Source of the DNA: Haplodiscus bocki
Taxonomy: Eukaryota
Direction of reading: 5' to 3'
Assembly: GCA_965655095.1 (NCBI GenBank)
Contig: OZ296653.1
Location: 44,516,001 to 44,580,000, forward strand
Length of the DNA: 64,000 bases
The first letter of the stretch is position 1; each line of letters starts with the position of its first letter. Shown here piece by piece: positions 39,860 to 52,900 of this stretch. The notes beneath the pieces were generated by a model. That model did not search any database and was not told the DNA's origin. It saw nothing but the letters and a program-made list of their open reading frames with translations. The translations under genes and the position numbers were made by a program.

Positions 39860-42800
39860 GTATAGGAGGGGTGTTTAGAGCCACTTATGAGTCTTTCCTT
39901 ATTTGGAAGTTGCCTGAGAGCCATTTATTGCTGTCCAATCTTATAACGTTACAAAGCCTTGGATCAACTATATGGCGGCTTTGATAACTTATCTAATTTA
40001 ACCTTTTGACAACTTTGACAGCTGTTTGAAGACATACATATAGAAGTTCAATAAGCAAAAATAGACAAAAAACATCAAGTATGCAAAACTAACCTCCAAG
40101 ATTTGCTCTCTGCAAGGACCTGGGTCTATGAAAAAGTAGTTCCCAAACCTAAAACCTTAGAAGCAAAATGAGCCAACGTGCGGCCGAGCCTGAAAACCAT
40201 GTTTGGAAACAATCGAACATTAGTCTCATATTGCCGAAAACGAAAAGTTTGCGCAAAACTCCGTTCTTCCACACACTCGCAAAAACAAGGTGTTTTATTA
40301 CCTCCTATTTTGGCTCAGCATGTGATAAACAAGTTTGGCGATCCCAAAGCCGCACCTCAAAAACAATCAAGAGTCCCGTGCAAGAAGCCAAAAGCCAAAC
40401 TAGTTTTTTGAAAGCTTTGTTCTTTCAAATTGACAGCTGTTCACTAAACATTCAATGAAGTCTGAGCGAACCAAGGTTCCTTTTTCAGACAAAAGTTTTT
40501 TTTCATCGAAAAGTTTTGTAAACAAATATACGTTGTAACAATCTCTTTTCTTTGCACTTCACGTTTAAAACATCCCTATGAAAACATTTGACCGTAAAGT
40601 TTTAACGAAACTAAAGCCACATCTGAAAGCGGGTCAGCGTAAGCTGGTCTTCGCCGAAAACAAAACTACTCTTAGAAAACCTCATTCGTTAGCAAAGGCA
40701 AATCCAAAGGTGCTTTCACACCATGGAAGCCAACTAACAATAAATGAACGAAATTTGCCGATATTAAAACCATATTTAAACATTATTTTAGACATTGGTC
40801 GAGAAGTTCCGGAAACGAAATTCTGAAAAGGTCGTGCGTTTTCAGACAATATCCTTCGTTGCCATAATCACATCGAACAAGATAAACTAAACTCTGTAAA
40901 CCCAGATGAAAGCTTTACTGGAAAAATCTTTGAGTCCAAATACCAAACTTGAAAACAAGTAAACGTTTTAGCAAAGCCTAAAACGAGAACACCTTCTTTG
41001 AAATCGTTCTTTATGCAGAATCACAACCAAGGAATTAGTGTTACAATTCCATTTTCGACTTGACAATTTCTGTAAGTGCTTGAGCGGGTCCAAAAATCTC
41101 ATTTGAAAACAGGTAACCGTTAGTCGCATACTGTTGAGAATGGATAAGAATTGCCAAAAATGTCATTCACTCGCGAATTTGAAAAAAAAAAGAACATGGT
41201 TTTACACCCCCGAACTCAACTCTGATTATCTGCCCAATTCTGGGCTACCTGAAAAACTTCATTTGAAAGCAGCTAGAAGTACGTCGGGCAATACCGAGAA
41301 CAAAAGTACGGGGTTCAAAATATTTTCTCAAATTAGCATCCAAAAGGGTAATTTCACCTCTCGAAATTCGAGTAAACAAATTAGAAAATTTGGTAAAACT
41401 CAGAAACGACTTTTGAAAGCAATAAAACGTTCGTCGAGCAAAACGTGAAAAAAACCACTTTCTGAAAACGATGTTCTATGGTAACAACCTATCAGAAAAA
41501 ACATTTTTTACACCAAATCGAATGAAGTTTTCATTAAAGCTGTGGATGAGCCCAGATACAATGCACGAAAACAACAAAGCGTTCATCGAGCTTTGTCACA
41601 CACATAATTACCTTCTGAAAGAGTCGTCTCTTCCAAAATTCAGCTCAAAAAAGATGGTTTTACTTTTCCAGAATCAACTGAAAGTCTCATGCCCGCAGAC
41701 TTAAAGCGCATTTGAGAAGCAGTACGCCTTTTATGCACGATACAAGAAAATATTTTTTGAACAAATTGTGCCTTCGCAAAGTTGCATCGAAACAATTGTT
41801 TTTGCATCTTCCAATTCACTTAAACGTTTGAGCTACAAGCGCAAAAACCAATTTTAAAAGAACATACCCTTTGCTTCACAATGCTGAAAAGGATAAAGAT
41901 TTCAGAAAATGACATTCTTCCAAGAGTTCGTATCAGGAGAGATAGTTTACACGTCAAAATTCAAGTCCCCTTTTTGATCCAATTGGGAGTTATTGGAAAT
42001 CCAACTCAACAGAAACGATTATCTTTCACATTTTGGTCCCCTCCAACTACCATGACAAAATGCTGTAGGCAGTGCTTAAAGTGGATTATGTAGCACTTAC
42101 TATGGGACGGCTTTTGCCAATCCGTTAGCTACAACACATCAAACTCAGCAATCACGTAACCACTAGGCAGCATCCAGCTCAACACGGTTGTGCTTATGAG
42201 CTTCATTGTAATTTTTAAATTAATACTTTTTGTACAAAAGAGCATGCAGTATGTTTCGTTTCACGGATGTGGAGTCAAACACGGGCTTAAAATGTAACAA
42301 AGTGTTTCATCAACTGAAAACAAACGTGGAAAATTTTTCAAAATCACTGTACTTCGGTGGGTAGCAAATGGTTGTGCAAACTTTTGGACAATGCAGCCAA
42401 TGCATCCTATGACGAATAATTTGCGATGAAACATGTCAACTTCTGAACTACAGCTCCTTGATCTGAAGAAAAATCCAAGTTACAAGGTAACATCGGGCTT
42501 CACAAAGTTAAACGTTTGCAGATTTGACTATGAAGTTTTGTTTTAGTACTCTCAGTAAAAAGAAGCATCCCAACGTCTTTAATCTACGCACGCCAAACGA
42601 TTTGACAGAAGCAATAATAATCTTCCACACTTACCGTTACGGAATGAGCTTCAAGTGAGCGAGTAGGAAGCCACAAAGAATGTAACTTAATTGAAAGCAG
42701 CATGATATCTTCGTTTCCGACTGTGGTCAGTTTATTATTGTTACAGCGTTTCTGCGATTTTACACAGAAGCTCTTTATATAGTGACTCTGAAACCTTAGG

Positions 42801-45800
42801 AGACCATGGTTCGTTAAATTCACGAAGTAATTTTCCCAGATGCATTGTATTGGTGGCTACACCAACTGCAAATAATTTTGCCTGCTTATGGTCGTGAGAT
42901 GAATATTGAATGTGTTTTGCAACTAGATAGACAGCGTGGCGCAAACGCTTGAGCCTAAAACAACTGCCCAAGAGACTTTATGCTCGAGGTTTTTTTCTAA
43001 TCAAGCGAGTTGCAGTGCCAGTGAAATTTACAACGGTTTTGAGATTTTTAGATAATTCCTATTTTTTCTAAATTAAAAGAAAAATAAGACTGAACTACCA
43101 GCAGAAAGATGAAGTTTCTAAGGTCATTCTTTGGATTTACATCAAGAATCTTGACTTAATTTACGTGATCCAAGAATCCAAACTGGAAACAACGACATCT
43201 GACAAGCTTTGTAATCAAGCCCAATTGACAAACTCCGGTAGTTAACTGTGACAAAGACACTAGCATCACGATTGGGACAGCGCGAAGTTTGCTTTTCAAC
43301 TAGGCTCGGCCATCAGCAAATCGTCAAAAAATACGACTCAAGTATTCTAACAAATTTAAATGGATTGTCAAGACAGATCGCTGTAGCGCGATTGCTATAG
43401 ATGGTTGATGTGCCTCAACGGAAACTTTGAACCGCCTAGCTGACTCGTTTTTGTAATAGATCAAACCACCGGAGATTGATCCAGAACGTTTCATTCAATT
43501 TGGAGCAGAATTATGAAATGTCAGCAAAGCGAGTATTACCACAACCGATATAGTAAAAGCGTTTGAACGGGTTTTCTTTACCGTATTTTGGCTTCTCTTG
43601 CTTACACCAATCCAGTGGAGAAGAATCTGATATGTTAGATTCAGCTGGAAAAGTTTAAAACTTCATCGCCAATGAATGTCACAAAGGATACCAATTGTTT
43701 CACTTGTCGCCACCCTTTGCTGAAATCATCAACTTTAAAATGTACCAACAAAGTCTTACAGTAAAATTCAACCAAAGTTGCTCAGTTAGAATTTGAATTC
43801 CACGACGATGCGTTTTCTGAAATACTAGACATTTGTCAATTCTCATCCCAAACGACCTACATCTCAACCTCATCTTTATGGTACGTTTAAATTACATAGA
43901 TGGAGGACGCAACACCTGGAGGAAAATTAACTGAGTACCTTTTGTATTTTGTTGTAATTGGGCGCGCGGCCCCGCAAGCCGGAGGTAAAGCAGTTTCGTT
44001 GGTGTTGGTTGTTGCTCCGAAAGTCAAACGAGAACGTTACTGGCGCTTTGGAAGCTAGCCAGGTGGATCTCCATTTTGACAAGGTTGAGGTAGGCCACCA
44101 TTAATTAGACGAAACAGGACTAAAAAATCAGTTTCACTGCCCTAACAAGGCACGCAATCGTTTGAAGAAATAAAAACAACGAAGTGTAAAACAACTGAAG
44201 GAATGCATTTTCTCGACAATTTGGTCACTCGACATATGAGATATAATCAAAAAGTTACAGAGCTTTCAATTTCCAGTTGGTAACTGTCTGATTCCGTTGT
44301 CTTAGGTGATTCCACTGTTGAAAATATATTGCATTGGATTTAGTCTCTTTATCAGATGCTTCACAACTCTTGTGGGATATTTGAGACTGAATGCCAGATC
44401 TTAGCTCATAACATTGTGATGTTTTGTGGAAATGAACTAGTCGCATGTTGCATTTCCCGTTGGAAGACAACAAAACCAATTCCTATCCTAGGAAAATTTG
44501 AGACGACTGCGTGTTCCGTTTTTTTTTAACAGACACTCCAAGGACAAAGCTAGTGCCTCGAAAAGTCATGAAGGTGAGCAAATATCGGCCACCGAAAATG
44601 GAAAATGGAAAAAAGACAAGACTGAATGTTAATAAATTTTGAATTGTACTAGAATCAAAAGTTTACTGCACTGAACTGGTCAACAAAACAGTGAACTTTT
44701 GCGTGATTTGAGGATCATTACCTTTTGTTATTATGGCAAATTTTTGAAAACGGCGAATCAAATTCAAAAATTAATGGTTGAAGCTCTCTTGGTTGAGGCC
44801 AGGGCTTGAATTTTTTCATAAACTTTTTGAGGTTTCCGCCAATGTTGACTGAATTGAGTTACTTCTCCGATTCTTGTCTGGCCATTTGTGATTCTTGTCT
44901 GGCCAATAAGGCCGGCTTCAAGATTCTTAGGAACCATGATGATCGGTTGGAATCGAGACATTGGTGGAAACTAATCATAACAAGCTCAATGCATACGCTG
45001 CTTTTTTTGTTTTGAAAGAAAAAAATGAAATTTTGTCGAAGAAAAATACTTCGACAACCAACTTTTTCTGAAAGGCTGTTCACGAATCCGATAGGTTGTT
45101 CTGTCAAATTTTCTGCTGAAACACAAAATATACTCGTTTAATTTTCTTCGAAGAGTTAAGTGCTGCATCTTTGCGATTCAACTGCACCATACAGACGAGC
45201 TTCAGATATAGGTCGCTTGGGATGAGAATTGACAAATGTCTAGTATTTCAGAAAACGCATCGTCGTGGAATTCAAATTCTAACTGAGCAACTTTGGTTGA
45301 ATTTTACTGTAAGACTTTGTTGGTACATTTTAAAGTTGATGATTTCAGCAAAGGGTGGCGACAAGTGAAACAATTGGTATCCTTTGTGACATTCATTGGC
45401 GATGAAGTTTTAAACTTTTCCAGCTGAATCTAACATATCAGATTCTTCTCCACTGGATTGGTGTAAGCAAGAGAAGCCAAAATACGGTAAAGAAAACCCG
45501 TTCAAACGCTTTTACTATATCGGTTGTGGTAATACTCGCTTTGCTGACATTTCATAATTCTGCTCCAAATTGAATGAAACGTTCTGGATCAATCTCCGGT
45601 GGTTTGATCTATTACAAAAACGAGTCAGCTAGGCGGTTCAAAGTTTCCGTTGAGGCACATCAACCATCTATAGCAATCGCGCTACAGCGATCTGTCTTGA
45701 CAATCCATTTAAATTTGTTAGAATACTTGAGTCGTATTTTTTGACGATTTGCTGATGGCCGAGCCTAGTTGAAAAGCAAACTTCGCGCTGTCCCAATCGT

Positions 45801-47985
45801 GATGCTAGTGTCTTTGTCACAGTTAACTGCCGGAATTTGTCAAGTGGGCTTGATTACAAAGCTTGTCAGATATCGTTGTTTCCAGTTGTTGTAGGCTCAA
45901 GCGTTTGCGCCATGCTGACGAATTTGTTGCAAAACACATTCAAATTGCAAAATTACTTCGTTTATGTAGCCACCAATACAATGCCTCTGGGAAACTTACT
46001 TCGTGAACTTAACGAACCATGGTTTCGTAAAGTTTCAGAGTCACCATATAAAGAGCATCTGTGTGAAATCGCAGAAACACTGTAACAATAAGAAACTGAC
46101 CACAGTCGGAAACGAAGACATCATGCTGCTCTCAATTAAGTTACACTCTCTGTGGCTGCCTACTCGCTCATTTGAAGTTGATTCCATAACGCCAGCTGTG
46201 GAAGATTATTGCTTCTGTCAAATCGTTTGGCGTGCGTAGATTAAAGACATTGGGATGCTTCCTTTTACTGAGAGTACTAAAACAGAACTTCACAATCAAA
46301 TCTGCAAGCGTTTAACTTTGTGAAGCCCGATTATACCCAGTAAATTTGGTTTTTCTTTTGGTCAAGGAGCTGTAGTTCGGAGGTTGACAAGTTTCATCGC
46401 AAATTATTCGTCAAAGTATGCAATGCCTGCATTGTCTAAAAGTTTGCATAACCATCTGCTACCCACCAAAGTACAGTGATTTTGAAGTTTTCCACGTTTG
46501 TTTTCAGTTGATGAAACGCTTTGTTACATTTTAAGCCCGTATTTCGCTCAACATCCGTGAAACGAAACATACTGCATGCTCTTTTCTACAAAAAGTTTTA
46601 GTTTAAAAATTACAATGAAGTTCAAAAGCACAATCGTGTTGAACTGGATGCTGTCTAGTCGTTATGGGATTGCTGAGTTTGATGTGTTGTAGCTAACAGA
46701 TTGGCAAAAGCCGTCCCATACTAAGTGCCATATGATCCACTTCAAGCACTGCCTAAAATAACTTGCATCGCTCACTGTTAGCTCTAGAGTACTGTGCGTT
46801 TTTGAAAAAATCAGAGAGTTTCCAATTTAGAAGGTAGTCTATTATCCCTGCACACCGCGGTATCTTTTCAGAGTTCGAAGTTCATTAATTTACTTTTAAA
46901 AAAGTAGAGCATTTTGTCATGGTAGTTGAACGGGACCAAAGTATCAAAGATAACCGTTTTTGTTGCGTTTCATGTGCAATAACTCCATATTCGCATCAAA
47001 ATGTTGATTTGAGTGCTAATGTGTAAAATATCTTCCTCGATAGGAATTCTTGGATGAACGTCATTTTCGGAAATCTTTATGCTTTTCAGCATTGTGAAGC
47101 AAATGGTATGTAACTTTAAAAACGATTTTTGGGCTTGTAGCTCAAATGCTTAAATAAATTGGAAGATGCAAAATCAATTGTTTTGATGCAAGTTTGCGAA
47201 GGCACAACGTGTTCAGAAAAAATCTTTTTAAGGCGTGCAATAGAGGCCTACTTGTTTCTAGATGTGTTTTAAATTTACGAGGGCGAGTTGTTCAGTTGAG
47301 TCCAGAAAAGTAAAATCATCTTCGAACTGAATTTCAGTAGGAACAACCCTTTTCGGTAATTTGCGTTTGACAATGATTGATAATCTTCTGTTTTGTGCAT
47401 GGTATCTTGGCTCATCCAGACCTTTAATGGAAACTTCAGTCGATTAGGAGTTAAAAATTGCTTTTTGATATGGTTTTGCCAAGAAACATGTTTTTCAGAA
47501 AATAGTTTTTCACAGCATTGCTCAACGAACGTTATAATGACTTCGTCGTTTCTGAGTGTGCCCAAACTTTGACATCATTTGTTTATTCGAATTTGCAGGA
47601 AATTATCTTTTTCGATAATATTTGCGAAAAACTTTCGAACACCGCACTTTTGTTCTCGGTATTGCCCGACGTACTTCTAACTGTTTTCAAATATAGCTTT
47701 GTTCAGGTGGCCCAAGTTTGTTCAGTTACTGAGAGTTGAATTCGGGGATGTAAAACCATATGTTCTGTTTCGAATTTGCGGGAGGATGACCCTTTCGGCA
47801 AGTTTTTTTCCGCTCTTGACTCTGCGCCTTTTGCACTTTCAAACAGCCGTCTAAAAGTTGAACTAGATAAGCTGTCAAAACTGTCATAAAAATGAACTGA
47901 AAGTTGGTAGCGTATCAAGACTGAGAAGTGGCTCGAATTCCCCCCATAGTTCGAGCCACTTGAATTCCCCCCATTCCTATATTAC
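39860..47985. repeat. Large imperfect inverted repeat (palindrome); arms ~39860-43900 and ~45170-47985
   Basis: Reverse-complement matches: 43240-43851 equals 45217-45828 exactly, 42060-42965 ~ 45885-46755, and 41150-42060 ~ 46905-47790. The termini agtagtatagga..gagccactt (39856) match rc of 47920-47985. Confidence 0.92.
39863..43900 (+). mobile_element. Decayed hAT-like DNA transposon (left arm); mirror copy on minus strand at ~45170-47979
   Basis: Frameshifted motifs occur in hAT order: VALT(M)DG ~42070, DNAAN ~42388, ATR*(W) ~42920, and AKRVL.QP...FERVF ~43525-43580 (dimerisation-domain-like). Both outer ends start TAGG. Confidence 0.5.
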
Positions 47986-48049
47986 TCAGGGCCTCTCTCG
48001 TTCTCGTGCAGCTTTCATTTCAGCTCGAATTACCTCTATCCTTTTAATG

Positions 48050-48600
48050 CGCTCACTTGAGACTATCCTTCACTATATCCATTGAAAGTCTCCATCTTCC
48101 AGAGTTTCATCAATGGTGCCAAATTTCCACTCCCAATTCAACTTTGAAGTGATAGAAGACACGTAGTTTCTGGTTTTAATATTCCTTGAAGTTGCGTGGT
48201 AATATCATGGAGTTTCATCGCGATTTTTCGTTTTCTTTCCAAAGTTCCAGATGAACTCATTCCCAACGACGTTGATCAGAAAATGATTTCCAGGTCTGAA
48301 GACAAATTGAAGTCAAAATCTCGCTAACAACCAAACGATTTGGTTGCTCAGGGATGTTTGTTGAAAAGTCAGCCGTTCAGTAAATCTAATATTAAATTAC
48401 GGTCGGCATCCTCTCAAACGCAGTAGTTGATCTTCGCAGTTGATAAATTCTTAATAACGGTCAGTGAAATTTTTGGTAAACTCCATCCAAAATACACCTG
48501 CTAAGTTCGTTTGTTTTTTGACCACACTCGCTTAGTCAGTCGTAACAAGCCTCTCTGCTATCTGTGTATGCCTAAGTTCTGCGTCCTTTGAAAGTAGAAG
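48050..48600 (-). mobile_element. LINE RT remnant
   Basis: Minus-strand DLEIIF..(KDLG-like) and downstream post-RT-like segments. Degenerate. Confidence 0.25.
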
Positions 48601-48614
48601 TGGATCTGATAGGA

Positions 48615-49728
48615 TTTATTCGAATTTCAGATACGTATCACGTATTGTTAAGTTAGTTCAAAATGGTATGCTTCTGCAGAATTGAATTAAATGCCAATTT
48701 GATTTTGATCTGATCTGATATGTGTGCACGCCAGAAAGCGCGGTCTGATAAAAATAGAAGATATTGTTTAGTGAATACAGAGACGTAGACAACAAATTTA
48801 GACTAAGAAAATATAGATAAAACAGCACCTTTTGGAACACGGTGGTCGAGGGGAATTTATCAATATTAAATATTCAATTCTAAATTATTAAAAAATAGCA
48901 TCCAGTTTTATAAAACGGTATTCATTTCTATGATGTGCAAAAAAGCGGCGAGCAAACTAAATGTTATTTTCCGCCCAATATTTCATATTTGGAAAGAAAA
49001 TCATTCGTGGATCTTTTCTGTGAACTCCCTCCACCCACCCACCATAATTGATTTGCGAAATAATAAGTGACGTAATGATTTATGGGGGGGGGGGGGTTAA
49101 CAGAAAAGATCCTCATTCATTCAACATTCGAGATTTTTTAAAGAATCTGCCAATTGCACGATCGATTCTGTCAACGAGTGCACCGTCAGCGAATACTAGA
49201 TTATAATTCGTGGAGGCAAAAGCGCGGGAAAATGTTACCATAAACAGCATGTCAACAAATACTCGATTGGACGAGACAAAAAAAACGCAGTAAAATTTCA
49301 ACCAATAGGAATCGAGTATTCTTAATATTTGCGATTGGCGAGGGCTATCCGGCATAGACGTTAATGCAATAGTTCTTATAGGGCCCGGTATGAGTACAAA
49401 GGGTGTGAGTTCAAGAATTGCAAGGAGTGAAAATTTTGACTTTATAATGGGCGGAAAATATCCCGGAGGTAGCCGGGCGTCTTGTTTAGATATGAAACAT
49501 GAATTTTGCTGGTTTAAATGCAGCACTGTAATAATTCTGGGGATACGTTAACCATTTTGCATTGCAGTTGCTTCCAGACGCGTGGTAGTTTTATTTCGAT
49601 TGCCACCATGGTGAAAAATTAGGATATTTCGACGAGGTTTTGTTTTCAACCAAGAGAATATTCAAGCAGTTAACGTGGACAAGTTCACGACATGATTCGT
49701 TTCAAATATGAGCTCAATATACTCGTAT
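48615..49728 (-). promoter_or_regulatory. Probable 3' UTR of the PTP gene with candidate AATAAA signals at 49590-49595 and 48615-48620
   Basis: Non-repetitive-looking sequence after the stop, with minus-strand AATAAA hexamers. The cleavage site cannot be determined. Confidence 0.4.
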
Positions 49729-49990
49729 TTAAATAAGCCGCACCAGGGCTAACGATTGAATGATAACTCTATGCACAAATTCGTAATATTGGTAACTATC
49801 TACCATGTGAGGTCTTTGGTAACGCAGAAAAGTGAGCACCCGAGCCACATCGATTGCTTCTTGGTGCTCGATCAAAGTCATCATGATTTCAGCCAGAATC
49901 AGTGCCCCGCTAGCTCCATTGCCAGTGGCACAATGCACAACAATAGGCAAACTATCGATCCCCTCTTCTCGCGTCAACAACCGAATTGAT
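49729..49990 (-). CDS. PTP gene last coding exon (P-loop, Q-loop, C-terminal RLI)
   Basis: Acceptor ttttgcag|A. Encodes PIVVHCATGNGASG...LRYQRPHMV...VRLI then stop. Confidence 0.92.
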
Positions 49991-52900
49991 CTGCAAAATT
50001 AAATGCACTTCAACTTGAGCAATATTTCCTTGCATCAATAAAGAAAAGCGCCAATTTTTACATGCGAACACGATTAAGATCCTCATTAATTTCATGGCCT
50101 CAAGGTGCTACTTGTGAATTATGTCGATTCGACATCGTCAAAATATAAATTGTGCCATAATTAAACGTTCAGCGCGTCATCAATATAGAAATCCTTTTTG
50201 AAAGAGAACTTGCGGCAAAAGATAGGTTTCAAAGGTGCTAGAGATTCAGATTCGGAATTTATAAATAGCACATTTCTGAAAAACATCAATACGAGTATAT
50301 TAGCAGATGATTAACGGCATAATGACGGTGAAATTGCACGTTACATCAATTACGCTATATTAATTCCGTTTACGACGGTACTAATTCCGAATGATAAAAA
50401 AATCACTATTCACGCTACAGAGGGAGACACAAAAAAGACAATACACTGTGTAATAACGTCTAGTTTTCCCAAATCAAGTTGAAAACGATACAGATATGAC
50501 GTGCTGAATTCAATTTTCCAAGACTATTATAGTGGCTGTTACCTGATTTCATTGAGGAATTGGATGAAACTAGAAATGGCGTGGGGCGATCGAATCATGT
50601 CAGACTGCAGGGCTTCCGATACATCTTGAGAGATATTTCCAAAAGCACTTTTCGAAGGCAGCAGAAGAGGCAAATGTGTGAACTGCAGATGCCACAAAAC
50701 GGTAGACCTCATTTCTTTCCTGTTCCTCAGCTGAAACAAAAAACAGAACGTTCCTCCCAAGTCCTTTTTTATTGGTTGACTTTTCAACTTTCAATCCCTT
50801 TTCAACCACTGGATTGATTTTGCTGAAAACATCGAGGAGCTATCGAGCCATACTTTGTAATGGAAACCTTTGGGCTGAGTCTTTTATGTTCGAATTTGAA
50901 AATTGAAGACCAACATATTTCATGAAAAGTTCGAAGTGGTCAAATCCTAATATTTTCGACATGTTGGGCGAGCAAATAAACAATTTTAAATTATACAGGC
51001 GAGAAAATCAAAAACTGCAAACCCCATAGACAATTACAGAACAACAGACCTATAAAAACTCGAACTTTACCTTGAATTTTTCAACACTTTATCAGGAGCT
51101 TCAAATCAATAATTATTATTTTTCGCAGTATATGTAATATACAAGAAAAATTATTCATTCAGTAAGTTCGTATTTCTTTTTATTTTTTTTCAGTGCGAAA
51201 CTGCCAACTCTTTCTATTCAAAAATAAATGACAGCAAAAGGGTTAGGACAACAGCGTTCCTAAGCAGTAGGTTTGGGGTTCGAGTCTCTATCGTGCCAAA
51301 TATTTTTACGATTTATCCCTAACAATTTTCGAAACCCGAAATTAGAGAAACACTAAAGGATTCCCCTACGGAAATTTTCGGCACTGTGAGGCAAAAACTT
51401 TTCGACGGAAAATCTTTATGCTCCCCCCACCCCCCTCTTATCCATAAAATTATTCGATACCCGAAATCAATGAAACACTAGAGGATTCCCCGACGAAACT
51501 TTTCGGCACTAGGAGACAACAAATTTTCGACGGAAAATCTTTTTCCTCCCTCCCCCCTCTTATCCATAAACTTTTTCGCTACCGGAAATTTTCTGAAACA
51601 CAATACTGAAGGGTTCCTCGACGAAATTTTTCGGCATCGTGAGACAAAAAATTTTCGACGGAAAATCTTGATACTCCCCCCTCCTTATCCATAAACTTTT
51701 CGCTACCCGAAATTTTCTAATACACCGAAGTGTTCCCCAACGAAATTTTTCGGTACTGTGAGACAAAATTTTGAACGAAAAGTCGTGATACCCCCTTTTT
51801 TGCATAGAATATAGATATCAGTGGTAGAATTGATGTTTGTAGAAACTTTCGCAAACTAGATTTTAAACAATAGTCTCGTTTTTAACTGTGGGCAAATGTT
51901 GATCAAAATATTTGTGTTCCTGCGAAAAATATGCCGGTGCTAGCCGGCCGTCTTGTTACTTGATTCTCACTCACCACGAAGATCGTGCCAACACTAGTCT
52001 TACATGGTAACTTAGGTTTTTAGGGGCGGTAGGCTAAGTCTAAGTGCTACGTCATGTCACAAATCCATGATAACAATTGCCCTCCTCTCTGGAGCCTAAC
52101 ACGGAATATTGGGCACCAAAATTGCAGGGGTCCGAGAATGTGAGGACTTTCCTTGGTCCGGGACCAGATCGTTTGTTGTCCACTGTTGTGTCAGTAGAGC
52201 TCGTAGTAGGTTTTTGGTACACTTGACGCGCATACAGTGAGCGAGAAAAAACATTTCTTCTCTTGAGTTACGATCAAATACTTCGGCCCAGGGTCATGTT
52301 GTAACTTCACATTGTTACAACTCAAATCTATTGGTTTAGCTGCCTGTTCTTCAGACGTAAAAGCAGGCAAGCAAGGTTTGCTTTGCAAAAGTTTTTTTGA
52401 CGATAATGATTAAGTTCACAGAGACAAGCAGCCAATGTCCCTCGGCAAGCTGACATTTCGCCTTTTGAAATTGGGTACTTGTATATTCTTTTGAGCTGGA
52501 AACTTTCCGTTTGCGATTAAGCACACAGCAACTTGATTTTGAGTCACTGTTCTTTAGCCTGAAAAAGTCTTCGGATCCCAACTGAGTCTTCATATTTTCA
52601 ACCCAGCTGATATGGAGATGAATTTCATGTCCATGGACTCAACATTTTCATTCATTTTTCCTGTCTCGGTTCTTTCAAGTCAATGAGACGTTAGTTGATT
52701 GCCTAGTTTGATTTTCTGCTCTGCGAAAGGGTCGGTTTTAAATTTTCCTCCATATTTCAAGAGCATCTTGCTGTGTTTTTCCTAGAGCCCAGCATAATTA
52801 GGCGATGCAAAGATTGTAAGATAGCCGGTAAAGCTTCATTCGTACAGGTTACATGAAGGAGAGAAAATAAGTTCATAACCTCTGTTCCATCATCGTCTAT

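Noticed and set aside
42584-46239. Paired 79/78-aa ORFs MNLTNHG...CQIVWRA (42584-42823 and 46003-46239) as a duplicated small gene
   Set aside because: They have non-ATG starts, run antisense to the hAT-like remnant, and their similarity is explained by ~90% arm identity.
49084-49096. G13 tract
   Set aside because: A simple homopolymer of unreliable length with no further support for function.
49113-49526. 137-aa minus ORF after the PTP stop
   Set aside because: No recognisable motifs, a non-ATG start, and it lies in the probable 3' UTR.
51330-51800. CRISPR-like array
   Set aside because: Whole units are homologous with no unique spacers, the context is a eukaryotic intron, and there are no cas genes.
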